From contig JAUVXV010000005.1 in the NCBI GenBank assembly GCA_030603365.1, positions 1 through 64,000 on the forward strand: a stretch of 64,000 nt of DNA, given 5' to 3'. Origin of the DNA: Candidatus Heimdallarchaeota archaeon. GTDB taxonomy: Archaea > Asgardarchaeota > Heimdallarchaeia > Heimdallarchaeales > Heimdallarchaeaceae. The notes beneath the pieces were generated by a model, which saw only the letters and a program-made list of their open reading frames with translations, was not told where the DNA came from and ran no database searches. Positions 39,190 to 48,989 of the stretch are shown piece by piece; within the stretch, counting starts at the first letter, position 1, and each line of letters begins with the position of its first letter. The position numbers were made by a program, and so were the translations under genes.

Positions 39190-40044
39190 TTGTCTAAGAA
39201 ATATCCTGTTTTTCTAATGTCAGGAAGAGATAAAGACATTAGAAGAGAAATCATGCAACAATTAGATCCAGATGAGAAATACAAAGGTAAATGTTTACTC
39301 CCCTTACTAGGAAAACCTGTGATACAATGGGTTGTAGATGAGCTTGTTCAGTCAGAATATATTGAAGGAATTTACTCCTTAGGTGTTTCGAGAGAAGATA
39401 TTGATTTTGGAGATAAAGTAGAATATGTCCCCGTGGACTTCTTTGCTGACTTAAGTGAGAAATGGTTAGTAGGATACGAATATCTCAAGGATCAAGGAAA
39501 GGAATTTGACGATTATGTTATCTGTATGGCAGATACTCCTGGAATGACTATTGAAAAAATCGAGGAATTTTTTAAACAACTAACCCAAATGGAAGGATAT
39601 GATTTTATACTGTCTCTTGTTCCTTATGAGCTATCTAAAAAGTGGTTTCCTGATGCTGGAAGAGTTGTAGGAAATTTCAGAGATTATCAGATATTTCCAG
39701 GAGAAATGATGACTTATAGTCCCTATGCAATCGTAGAAGGAAAGAAGATATTTGATGATATAAGTCGCCTTAGAAGAAAAAGATCCTTTTGGGCTGTAGC
39801 TTGGTACGTTTTTAGAAATCCAAAAACTTGGCTCAAGATGCTGAAAATTGTTTTCAAACTAGCCAAATTAGATGATGCTGTTAGAGTTCTAGAGATTGCT
39901 TTTAACATGAAAATGGGTTACATCATTATTGAGGATCTTGGCTTTGGTTTAGATATGGATGTTCCACAGAATTATGAACAACTCAAAGAGTATATGCTAA
40001 AAACCAAACTATCAGGAAAAAATGTAAGTGAAAGTAAACTGTAA
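39190..40044 (+). CDS. MobA/CofC-like nucleotidyltransferase-family protein, paralog 4
   Basis: MSGRD...RRE...LDP..KYKGK.LLP..GK, ADTP, DMDVPQNY. Confidence 0.7.
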   Translation: MSKKYPVFLMSGRDKDIRREIMQQLDPDEKYKGKCLLPLLGKPVIQWVVDELVQSEYIEGIYSLGVSREDIDFGDKVEYVPVDFFADLSEKWLVGYEYLKDQGKEFDDYVICMADTPGMTIEKIEEFFKQLTQMEGYDFILSLVPYELSKKWFPDAGRVVGNFRDYQIFPGEMMTYSPYAIVEGKKIFDDISRLRRKRSFWAVAWYVFRNPKTWLKMLKIVFKLAKLDDAVRVLEIAFNMKMGYIIIEDLGFGLDMDVPQNYEQLKEYMLKTKLSGKNVSESKL

Positions 40045-40115
40045 AATGTGTGGTTCTACTCCTTGCATTACATGCGTAATATTCTTTTATAGGAAAATCT
40101 ATATGTATAGACACT

Positions 40116-41087
40116 ATGAATAAAAAAGGTAAATTTTTGACTTTATTTTTAATGGGGGTTTTAGTAACTTCTATTTTGTTTTCAGACTTATCTAAAGCCG
40201 TTATAGTATCGGATCAATTGGCTCTTGTTGAAGGAAGTTATGTTGATGGTAAAATACTATATACCAACAATACTCATGCAGATTTATTGATTGGGTATTC
40301 AACAATATTAGTTGAGAAGATATTTACACCATCAGATATACCAGATGAGATGGTACTAATCAAACATTCTTGGGATGCCGCAGTAGGACAAAATACAATT
40401 ATTACTTATTACGAAAACCAGCAAGAAATGGATTTAACTTATCTGGTGTTCTACGATAACAGAACTACTGTATTTCTAGGTGTAATGAGGTTTGCAAATG
40501 CATCAGTTTCAGTAGAAGTTAATGCTATGCAAGGCAGCACTTTTGAAGGTTTCTTGAACGTTAATAATACAGTTATAACTTATGGAAATGGAACAAGCTA
40601 TGTTTATGGAGATGTTCAACCTGCTGATCCTGCTTATGATGAAATTCAAAGTTTAATGTTTGGTTTTTATATTATTGGTTTTAGTCTTGGAGCGGATGAA
40701 TATGCATGGACACCCTTTGGAATATCGCCTTTAGCTAATGTGAATGACGATGTGCACTATTCTACAGGTTTAGGAAAAGTAATTGACAAACCAGCGGTTA
40801 TAACAACAAATGGAGATTCCTATGACGCAATACATGTTGAATATTATGATACTTCTTTAATTGGTTGGTGGGAAGCACCTGAAATGCATTGTTTCTATGA
40901 AGCAAGCACAGGTATATTACTAAAAGTCTATGAGACAGATGGTACAGAAACTTGGGATTTCTTACCTGGAGATGTTGTACTAGAACCTGCAACTTCACCA
41001 ACAGCTACACCATTTGGAACTACAAGTTTAATTATAGGGTTGATTGTTTTAGGTCTGATAACAGTTTTTGTTAAAAGAAGGAAATAA
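40116..41087 (+). CDS. Cell-surface protein family A, paralog 1
   Basis: Signal peptide, SDQL, KIFTP.DI, VFYDNR, GDSYD.I, YEASTG, TPF, then TM and KRRK. Confidence 0.75.
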   Translation: MNKKGKFLTLFLMGVLVTSILFSDLSKAVIVSDQLALVEGSYVDGKILYTNNTHADLLIGYSTILVEKIFTPSDIPDEMVLIKHSWDAAVGQNTIITYYENQQEMDLTYLVFYDNRTTVFLGVMRFANASVSVEVNAMQGSTFEGFLNVNNTVITYGNGTSYVYGDVQPADPAYDEIQSLMFGFYIIGFSLGADEYAWTPFGISPLANVNDDVHYSTGLGKVIDKPAVITTNGDSYDAIHVEYYDTSLIGWWEAPEMHCFYEASTGILLKVYETDGTETWDFLPGDVVLEPATSPTATPFGTTSLIIGLIVLGLITVFVKRRK

Positions 41088-41208
41088 TTGATTATTTCTT
41101 TCCAACTTTTTTCTATTATAAATGTGGTTTGAAAATCTTAGATATAGGAAACATTAGTTTTTTTAAGCACAAAATTCTTTAACCGGTAGCTCCTAAAGTT
41201 TAGTTACT

Positions 41209-42141
41209 ATGAAGAAAATAAAATTGACTTTTATGTTTGCTTTTGGAATCCTGTTAACATCTATACTATTTTCCAACGTATCCAATGCTATACTTGCTTC
41301 AGATCAGCTTGATGTAGGCGTTAACAGTTATGTAGAGGGAAAATTACTTGTGGAAACAAGTGTTGCTGGAGACGAGCTTATGGCATATGTGTCTATAGCG
41401 GTTACAAAGATTTTTACTCCAGCTGACATTTCTGATAAGATAATTCAATTTGAAGTAAAGATACGACCTGTTGTGGATTATTGGATCGGTTTCTTAGAAG
41501 ATCCTACTGAAATTTTCTTGACTTTTCTGGTCTTCTATGATAACAGAAGTACAATTATGCTTGGAGAATTAATAGTTGTAAATGGAACTGAACAAATAGA
41601 AATGACTGTTCTACATGAAACAACATTTGAAGGCATGATAAAACCAGACAGTAGAAAAATAACATTCGCAAACGGTACTACAGCTACAGCAGGATCATTA
41701 GAACTTGCAGATCCCATGTATATCTTACTTGAACAGTTTAGTGATCTTTCTAACGATTACTTATTCTGGCATAAATTCACTATGTTTGCAATATCTCCAA
41801 CAGCTGTTTTGGGAGATGATATAAGTTATGACCCTAACCTAGGTTTAGTTATTGGGACTCCAGCAGTTACTACTTCTGAAGGTGACTCTTATGACTCAAT
41901 CCTTGTTGAATACTATGAAACAGGACTTTTCAACAAATGGGGTGATGCTTATGAAGTTCATGCATATTACGAAGCTGCTTCTGGGTTCTTAATTCAGGTA
42001 TACGAACGATTTGATCAAGGAACATGGAAGTTCATTCCTAGTAAGGTAGACACAGTTGTTGCACCATTCCCAACTGCACCCGTAATTTTAGGTCTAGCGG
42101 TAATCGGTTTGATTGCATATTATTATCGTAAGAAGAAATAA
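41209..42141 (+). CDS. Cell-surface protein family A, paralog 2
   Basis: Same motifs; ends APF, TM, RKKK. Confidence 0.75.
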   Translation: MKKIKLTFMFAFGILLTSILFSNVSNAILASDQLDVGVNSYVEGKLLVETSVAGDELMAYVSIAVTKIFTPADISDKIIQFEVKIRPVVDYWIGFLEDPTEIFLTFLVFYDNRSTIMLGELIVVNGTEQIEMTVLHETTFEGMIKPDSRKITFANGTTATAGSLELADPMYILLEQFSDLSNDYLFWHKFTMFAISPTAVLGDDISYDPNLGLVIGTPAVTTSEGDSYDSILVEYYETGLFNKWGDAYEVHAYYEAASGFLIQVYERFDQGTWKFIPSKVDTVVAPFPTAPVILGLAVIGLIAYYYRKKK

Positions 42142-42209
42142 TCTCCTTCTTCGCATTCTTCTTTTTTTACACAAACTTCTTTTATTTGTAGAACATAATG
42201 TTAGGTACT

Positions 42210-43145
42210 ATGAAAAGAATAAGAATTACATTTATTATTGTTGCATGTATATTGCTAACTTCTGTACTATTTTCAAATGTCTCTAATGCAATTCTTGCGT
42301 CAGATCAACTGGAAGTAGGAGCTGGAAGTTCTGTTGAGGGAAAATTGTTTCTATCAACAACTGGTGCAGCTGATGTCTTAATGGCTTACATTACTATTAC
42401 AGCAAAAAAAATCTTCACTCCAACAGATATCCTTGATAAATTGATTCAATTTGAGATTATTATCAAACCTTTCGAAGGGTATGGCTATGGTCCTCTAGAA
42501 AATGTAACAGAAAACCGACTAACACATGTCGTTTTTTATGATAATCGAACTACACTTATGCTTGGAGAATTTTACGTTGAAAATGCCACGGAATGGATAG
42601 AAATGACCGTTTTGCATGAACCAAAACTTGCGGATATGCAAAATCCAGATAATAGACAAATTTCATTTTCAAATGGTTCTTCCTATTTAGCTGGAACATT
42701 AGAACATGCAGATCCAAAATATCTCTTGCTACAAGATTTTAGTACTATGTCTGGTATATATCAGCTTTATTACGCTTGGACGATTTTTGCGATATCTCCT
42801 ACAGCTATTTTGGGAGATGATATAAGCTACTATTCTATTTTGGGAGAGGTCGTTGGAACACCTGCTGTTACTACCTCAAATGGGGATTCGTATGACTCAA
42901 TACATGTAAAGTATCAAAGTACACATTTATTCAGTATGTGGGGTCCTGGTCCTGTAGTAAATGCTTATTACGAAGCTGCTTCTGGATTGTTGATCCAAAT
43001 CTTTGAAGAATACGATAATGGAATTTGGAAATTCTTTCCTGGTACCATAACCATAGTCTCTGGTGTTCCATTCTCAACTACATCAGTTATAATTGGTTTA
43101 GCAGTTATTGGTTTAATTACCGTATTTTATCGTAAGAAGAAGTAA
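42210..43145 (+). CDS. Cell-surface protein family A, paralog 3
   Basis: Same motifs; ends VPF, TM, RKKK. Start MKRIR at 42210 by alignment with the paralogs. Confidence 0.75.
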   Translation: MKRIRITFIIVACILLTSVLFSNVSNAILASDQLEVGAGSSVEGKLFLSTTGAADVLMAYITITAKKIFTPTDILDKLIQFEIIIKPFEGYGYGPLENVTENRLTHVVFYDNRTTLMLGEFYVENATEWIEMTVLHEPKLADMQNPDNRQISFSNGSSYLAGTLEHADPKYLLLQDFSTMSGIYQLYYAWTIFAISPTAILGDDISYYSILGEVVGTPAVTTSNGDSYDSIHVKYQSTHLFSMWGPGPVVNAYYEAASGLLIQIFEEYDNGIWKFFPGTITIVSGVPFSTTSVIIGLAVIGLITVFYRKKK

Positions 43146-43165
43146 TCTTCTTCTTTTCTTCTTTA
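43134..43165 (+). terminator. Hairpin with pyrimidine tract at the stop of paralog 3
   Basis: aagaagaag-taat-cttcttctt (stop codon in the loop) followed by a T/C run. Confidence 0.45.
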
Positions 43166-43319
43166 TTTCTATAACAATAAAATTAAGCTCTTTGCATAAA
43201 CTTCAATTATCTTTTTTTCCCCTTAATTGTGTGTAAAGCATTCTTCAGCTTTGACTTACTTTCCGACAAGATATCCTTTATATATTATATTTTACATAGA
43301 ATCTATTAGGGTTTTAACC

Positions 43320-44915
43320 ATGAAACGAGGTCTAGGATACGTTATAACTTTAAATATAGTTCTAGCTATGTTATTTGGGGGTTTATTTAACGTAAACGCA
43401 GTAACTACTTATCAACACTTGAATCCGGGGGATCAACTCCTGTATTCTGCAAACTACAACTATTACTCAGATGAATATAACTACTATCTTTTTGAAAATG
43501 ACTTGCCAGAATACAACTCATATTATGATTTATGGCATTATGAAATGCAAGCAGATGAATTCCACAGTTATACAGTACAAAATGACTATGGTACATATAC
43601 CGATGGACAAAGAGTTGCAACCTATTTTGATACCTACAGAAATAACTATGGTGACCACTATTATTGGGATTATATAGCCACAGAATGGGTTAATGCTGGT
43701 GGTTGGTCAGATAATTACTTATATTACGGTGCTAATTCTTGGTACACTTCATATAATGACTACAATATGACATTAAATTGTGATGTTCCATACTATTTCG
43801 GTGGTGCTATATACCTGTATGATGAAGTTAGAGGATATACAATCAATGGAGTGTATAGCACTTATGATGTAGCAGTTTATTATAAGAATTATTACGATTT
43901 CTATACAGGTCCAACTAGTATGTACAACATTATCTATGACTACACATATGACTATAATGAAGACAACTATTTCTATGTCGACAAAGCTACAGGATTTCTA
44001 CTAGAGTTTGATTATAATTATTATACATATAACTATGAATCCTTTGATGCATATAGTAATTATGAAGGAATTTATTGTAATGTAACTCACGAATATTATT
44101 ACTACTCTACAACTAATTATAACTGGTTATTACAAGAGACAACAGCTGGTTACGGTTCAATAGCTGATGCCGATTTACCTGGTATAAACTGGGATTGGAA
44201 TTATGTCTATGAGATAACCATGGGTCTTGAATATTTGACTGTCTATTTCTGGCTCTATGATTCTTACAGTACATGCACTTTTGATGTTTATCTCAATGAA
44301 ATGTATGTTGAAACAATAAATGGTGTATCTCCTGGATATATGAGTTACGATCTGTTCGTTAAGGATCTTCCTATCGATCCGATGGGATATAATTCAAAAC
44401 TAACTTTTGTTGTAACTGATGATTCAGGACTAGGTCATACAGCATTTTATGACTTGTATTTTAATGATATAAGAGCTGATTATCCTACAATCAATGGACC
44501 AAATTACTGGGACTACAAAATAGGTGACACTAAGACACTTTATTGGGAACTAAAAGATATTAATTATAATCCAGATTACTATGAAGTCAAATTCAACGGT
44601 TCAATAGTTGAATCAGGTCCTTGGAATGTTGATGATCTTATATCTTTTAATCTTCATGACTATATCTTTGTAGCAGGTGATTTTGAGATCAAGATTATAG
44701 CTACAGATTTGGATGGGTATGAAACCTACTTATATGTTAATATCCATGCTTATGAAGATACTCCTACTGAGCCTACAGGGACTGAACCAACTGGTACCGA
44801 ACCTGAAACATCTAATTCTAATACAGTAACTCTTGATTCTCCAAATATGCTTTATGTATTAATAGGCGTCTTTAGTTTTGTTGCACTTACTGTTTTAATT
44901 CGCAGAAGAAAATAA
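43320..44915 (+). CDS. Tyr-rich cell-surface protein family B, paralog 1
   Basis: Start MKRG at 43320; GDQLLY, FYVDKATGFLLE, DADLP, Ig-like repeats (NPDYYE.K.NG...ESG.W), PTEP linker, TLDS, TM, RRRK. Confidence 0.78.
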   Translation: MKRGLGYVITLNIVLAMLFGGLFNVNAVTTYQHLNPGDQLLYSANYNYYSDEYNYYLFENDLPEYNSYYDLWHYEMQADEFHSYTVQNDYGTYTDGQRVATYFDTYRNNYGDHYYWDYIATEWVNAGGWSDNYLYYGANSWYTSYNDYNMTLNCDVPYYFGGAIYLYDEVRGYTINGVYSTYDVAVYYKNYYDFYTGPTSMYNIIYDYTYDYNEDNYFYVDKATGFLLEFDYNYYTYNYESFDAYSNYEGIYCNVTHEYYYYSTTNYNWLLQETTAGYGSIADADLPGINWDWNYVYEITMGLEYLTVYFWLYDSYSTCTFDVYLNEMYVETINGVSPGYMSYDLFVKDLPIDPMGYNSKLTFVVTDDSGLGHTAFYDLYFNDIRADYPTINGPNYWDYKIGDTKTLYWELKDINYNPDYYEVKFNGSIVESGPWNVDDLISFNLHDYIFVAGDFEIKIIATDLDGYETYLYVNIHAYEDTPTEPTGTEPTGTEPETSNSNTVTLDSPNMLYVLIGVFSFVALTVLIRRRK

Positions 44916-45029
44916 AACTCCCTTCTCTTTTTCTTTTATTTTTTTAGTCTCTAAGAAGTCTATCGCTGATTCCTTTACCACTTTCTTTAAATATGGAATT
45001 TTGCTTAAATTACTATTAGGGGATTAACC

Positions 45030-46931
45030 TTGAAAAGGGGTCAAACAACAATAATATTAACACTTTTAGTTGTCTCTATCTTCGTTGTTGGATTTACACC
45101 AACACAAGCAGCAACAAGCTACCAAGCCCTTGTTACAGGAGACCAACTATTATACAAAAATGTGTTCACATTTTATGAAGATTTGGAGCAACAACTCTTA
45201 CATGAAATTGACATCGCAGACAATTGGTGGGTAATAGATCACTGGGATTATATTTACGATGAGATGGAAAGTTACTCTGTCAATTCAATAGATACAACCA
45301 CAGGAAATGTGAATTACGCTTGGACACTTTATGATAGATACAATAATCGATATCAAGAAGACTATTATTACGATTATATTGATCAATCTTGGTTTCTTAA
45401 TAATTCATACTCTGATTATGAACCAGTCACATTGAGTAGCTTTGAAGTAAAGGGTTTCGATGTTTATGATGGCACACTCAACCTAGATGTTACTGATTGG
45501 TTTTCAAATGGTGTTTATGATCATTCAGAGGTTAGATACTATATAATTAACGGCGTAAATACTTCTTACAATGTAGATGTATATATGGATGTATATGATG
45601 ATGTAGCTACAACCGCATATACCTATGAAGGTATCAATTTCGATGAAACTAATCCATATGGCTGGGAAGATGTTTTCTATATTGATAGTGATGCAGGATT
45701 TCTATTAGAATATACAACATTGTATTATGATAATTATTATAGAAATATTGATCATAAAAACAGTCCTACACTTGGAACTTTTGTTGATTACTACTTCAAT
45801 CACACATATGGGTATTACTATGAATGGCAACTCTTTGAAACAACTGCAGCATACTCACCAGTAACTGATGCTGATTTACCAGTACTACTTGTGGATATGG
45901 GATATGATTATCAAATTAAACAGAATACTATTTCAACAATGATTTATTTTGATCTATTGAACAAATGGCCATCTATGACAGTAGATGTTTATTTGGATGG
46001 TGCCAAAATTGATACTCTCTATGGATTATCTCCAGGATCGAATTATTATGATTTATATACTGGTGGTATCGCTCCAAGTTTACAAAACCACACAGTAGCA
46101 TTTGTAGTTTATGATGATTCAAGTTTTGAACATAATACTACCTGGTCTGTTGAAATTGATGATATTAGGCTAAAAGCACCATATATCTCTGGACAAGATG
46201 GTGGGCTCTACTATGAAATAGGAACAACTCAAACTGAAACATGGCACCTCACTGATCCTACAGACAATCCTGACACATATGAGCTTAAAATAAATGGAAT
46301 GATAATTGAATCTGGTCCTTGGATCAATGATACCGCTATCTCTTTGAATTTCCAGGATTATATGACTGATCCAATTTTATATGATATCTATATCAAAGCA
46401 GAAGACATAAGTGGATATTATTATGAATTAACTCTAGCTGTTTATGCCAGTACTGCACCTGAAATACTAGGTCCTACTGGGGATTATTATATGGATGAAG
46501 GTGATCCTAATGATGTCTTCTGGGTATTAAGAGACGATAATCCAAATTATTATGAGTTGAAAATAAACGGTTCATTAGCTGAATCGGGAACTTATTTTGA
46601 TGAACATATTGTTGGATTTGATCTTAGTATTTTAACTGGAGGACTGTGGATTTTCGAAATAAGTGCTAACGATTATTATGGTTTTAGTAATTCTCTAGCT
46701 CTATGGGTTTTCGTAGCAGGCGTTATAGTAACTACAACACCTGAACCAACTGAGCCCACAACAGAACCAACTGAACCAACCAGTCCAACTGAACCAACCA
46801 GTCCAACTGAGCCATCAACTTCTAAACCAAATAATAATACATTAACACTTGATTCTTCTGGAATAATTTATTCTATTCTTGGAATACTAAGTTTTATATC
46901 AATTATAACGATTTATAGAAAAAGAAGATAA
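45030..46931 (+). CDS. Tyr-rich cell-surface protein family B, paralog 2 (one extra Ig-like repeat)
   Basis: TTG start MKRG; GDQLLY, FYIDSDAGFLLE, DADLP, two NP.YELKING repeats, PTEP linker, TLDS, TM, RKRR. Confidence 0.78.
   Translation: MKRGQTTIILTLLVVSIFVVGFTPTQAATSYQALVTGDQLLYKNVFTFYEDLEQQLLHEIDIADNWWVIDHWDYIYDEMESYSVNSIDTTTGNVNYAWTLYDRYNNRYQEDYYYDYIDQSWFLNNSYSDYEPVTLSSFEVKGFDVYDGTLNLDVTDWFSNGVYDHSEVRYYIINGVNTSYNVDVYMDVYDDVATTAYTYEGINFDETNPYGWEDVFYIDSDAGFLLEYTTLYYDNYYRNIDHKNSPTLGTFVDYYFNHTYGYYYEWQLFETTAAYSPVTDADLPVLLVDMGYDYQIKQNTISTMIYFDLLNKWPSMTVDVYLDGAKIDTLYGLSPGSNYYDLYTGGIAPSLQNHTVAFVVYDDSSFEHNTTWSVEIDDIRLKAPYISGQDGGLYYEIGTTQTETWHLTDPTDNPDTYELKINGMIIESGPWINDTAISLNFQDYMTDPILYDIYIKAEDISGYYYELTLAVYASTAPEILGPTGDYYMDEGDPNDVFWVLRDDNPNYYELKINGSLAESGTYFDEHIVGFDLSILTGGLWIFEISANDYYGFSNSLALWVFVAGVIVTTTPEPTEPTTEPTEPTSPTEPTSPTEPSTSKPNNNTLTLDSSGIIYSILGILSFISIITIYRKRR
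46767..46814 (+). repeat. 18-bp in-frame tandem repeat encoding a PTEPTS linker
   Basis: ccaactgaaccaaccagt twice plus a partial third copy. Confidence 0.85.
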
Positions 46932-46939
46932 TTCTTTTA

Positions 46940-48001
46940 CTATTTTTCTTTTATTTTTTGAACTAACTCTTCAGTTGTAAGTACACCTTTTGCAGTAATA
47001 TATCCTGAGATTAATTTTGGAGGAGTGATATCAAAAGCGGGATTAAATGCCTTTGAATTAGGATTAGCAATTAGGATTTTTCCTTCCTTATGGACGAAAG
47101 ATTTGACTTCATCTTCAGATCTTAATTCTATTTCGAATTCTTCAGCTGAATTAGAATCATGATCAATTGTAGACCATGGGAAGGAAGAATAGAAGGGGAT
47201 ATTATGGTATTTTGCATTTACAGCAATTGAGTAGGTTCCAATCTTATTTGATATTGTTCCGTCTTTAAGGCATCTATCTGCTCCTAAAATTACCTTGTTT
47301 ATCTTGTTTTTTGACATTAGATAAGCAGCTACAGAGTCAGCTATAATTTCATGGTCTATCCCTTCTTGTTCAAGTTCCCAAGCTGTTATTTTTGCACCTT
47401 GTAATCTAGGTCTAGTTTCATCTACATAGACTTTAACTCCCTTTCCTTTTCGATGAGCTTGAATAATAGGCGCAAGTGCAGTACCATAGTCTACAGTTGC
47501 TAATGGTCCAGCATTGCAATGTGTTAATATTGCATCACCATCATTGATGATTTCTAAACCACGATCCCCTATAGTTTTACATTCTTCGACCATTTCATCT
47601 GTTAAACTTCTAGCTTTCAAGAGAGTATCTTCAAATGAATAATTTGTTTCTATAGCTGTAGTATAAGTTTTAAACACGAAATTTGCTAAATCAACAGCTG
47701 TTGGTCTTGTTGCTAGTATCATTTCCATCTTTTCATCTAGTTTCTCTTTTTTATTGCAATTATCCTCTTTCTCGATTTCTTTGATAGCTAAAGCAACTCC
47801 ATAAGCCGCTGTTGAACCAATTGCTGGTGCTCCCCTAACAACCATAGTTTTAATTGCATCACAAAGATCTACAACTGAAGTATAATTATTGATTTTAAAA
47901 TCAAAAGGAATTAATCTCTGATCAATAAGCTGAACAAAGTTTTCATCCTCATTCCAATCAACAGATCTTACATCATCCAATCCTAGTTCTTTTATTTTCA
48001 C
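46940..48001 (-). CDS. mtnA: S-methyl-5-thioribose-1-phosphate isomerase
   Basis: DQR.IP, VRGAPAIG, RPTAVDL, THCNAG.LAT...GTAL, DETRP.LQG, NKIGTY, NPAFDITP. Confidence 0.92.
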   Translation of the reverse strand: MKIKELGLDDVRSVDWNEDENFVQLIDQRLIPFDFKINNYTSVVDLCDAIKTMVVRGAPAIGSTAAYGVALAIKEIEKEDNCNKKEKLDEKMEMILATRPTAVDLANFVFKTYTTAIETNYSFEDTLLKARSLTDEMVEECKTIGDRGLEIINDGDAILTHCNAGPLATVDYGTALAPIIQAHRKGKGVKVYVDETRPRLQGAKITAWELEQEGIDHEIIADSVAAYLMSKNKINKVILGADRCLKDGTISNKIGTYSIAVNAKYHNIPFYSSFPWSTIDHDSNSAEEFEIELRSEDEVKSFVHKEGKILIANPNSKAFNPAFDITPPKLISGYITAKGVLTTEELVQKIKEK

Positions 48002-48041
48002 AAGAAGAATAAAGAAAAGAGATTATTAAATGTTAATGCTT

Positions 48042-48914
48042 TCAGTGGTTTTTCCCTATGAATTTTGGAATATATTCTCTGACTATTTCTATCATAAGAG
48101 GTGCATGAGTGTCTTTATTAGAACCTAGATTGATATAGGTTGAATTTTCCATCATCCCATCAACCTTTTTAGTTACAACTGCATCATGCATTTTATCAGA
48201 TTCTGCAGCAACTAGAAGAACATGATTTTTTACTTCAGGAAAAATTTTCCAATATCTTTTATAAGCTAACCTTAACCCTAATCTTTTCCATTTTTTAGCA
48301 TCCGCTTCCTCCAGGGTTCTAAGATACTTAGCAGCTTGTCTTGCATCTTCAGATTTGAATTTTGTAACCCACCATCTCAAAAGTGGCTGTGCGGGTTTCC
48401 AAAGAAAAGTAGGGCCAAATGGGATAAAGTATCTTAAAACTGGTGGAACTTCAAATCGTGCAGGGGGAGCGATTAATACAGGAAGAAAGGGATTATACAT
48501 TTTATTGTACATCCCATAAACAATAGTGGTTGCACCTATACAAGACCCAAAAAGAATTAGTTTTTTCTCTTCAATCTCTAATTGTTCATAAACCTCTTGA
48601 AGATCTTTAGCCATTCTATCCATACCAATTTCGGATGATTTTGGTAATACACTGGAACCCTTCTCTCTGGATTCAAAATAAACCACATCAAAGTCTTTGA
48701 TTGCTTCAAGAAGTAAAGAATCCCATGCAGGAACCACTGTACCCCAACCTACACTGAGGACTATTGAATAACCATTGAAATCTTCTTTTGGAGGAGTTGA
48801 TCTGTAAACTCGAATAGTTGCACCATCAGACATTTGAAGGTCTATAGATTCAGCTTTCTTCTCGAATTCTGAAACTTTAAAACTCTCCATTGCTTCTCTG
48901 ATTTCTTGTTTCAT
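48042..48914 (-). CDS. Alpha/beta hydrolase-fold protein
   Basis: VGWG oxyanion loop, ESREKGSS, nucleophile elbow GSCIG, C-terminal Asp and His candidates. Confidence 0.75.
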   Translation of the reverse strand: MKQEIREAMESFKVSEFEKKAESIDLQMSDGATIRVYRSTPPKEDFNGYSIVLSVGWGTVVPAWDSLLLEAIKDFDVVYFESREKGSSVLPKSSEIGMDRMAKDLQEVYEQLEIEEKKLILFGSCIGATTIVYGMYNKMYNPFLPVLIAPPARFEVPPVLRYFIPFGPTFLWKPAQPLLRWWVTKFKSEDARQAAKYLRTLEEADAKKWKRLGLRLAYKRYWKIFPEVKNHVLLVAAESDKMHDAVVTKKVDGMMENSTYINLGSNKDTHAPLMIEIVREYIPKFIGKNH

Positions 48915-48989
48915 TGAATGAGAAATTTCATAATCCTTTAAAAATCTTTCAAAGTTAGTACAAAAAAGTAAAAGAAAAAGAAAGTAATT

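Noticed and set aside
43227-43319. N-terminal extension of ORF 43227..44915 (likewise the extensions at 579, 11078, 20364 and 61061)
   Set aside because: Paralog alignment, signal-peptide position or overlap with neighbours and promoters favour the downstream starts.
46741-46820. Short direct repeats as a possible CRISPR array
   Set aside because: They are in-frame codon repeats for a Pro/Thr/Glu linker, with no spacers and no cas genes.
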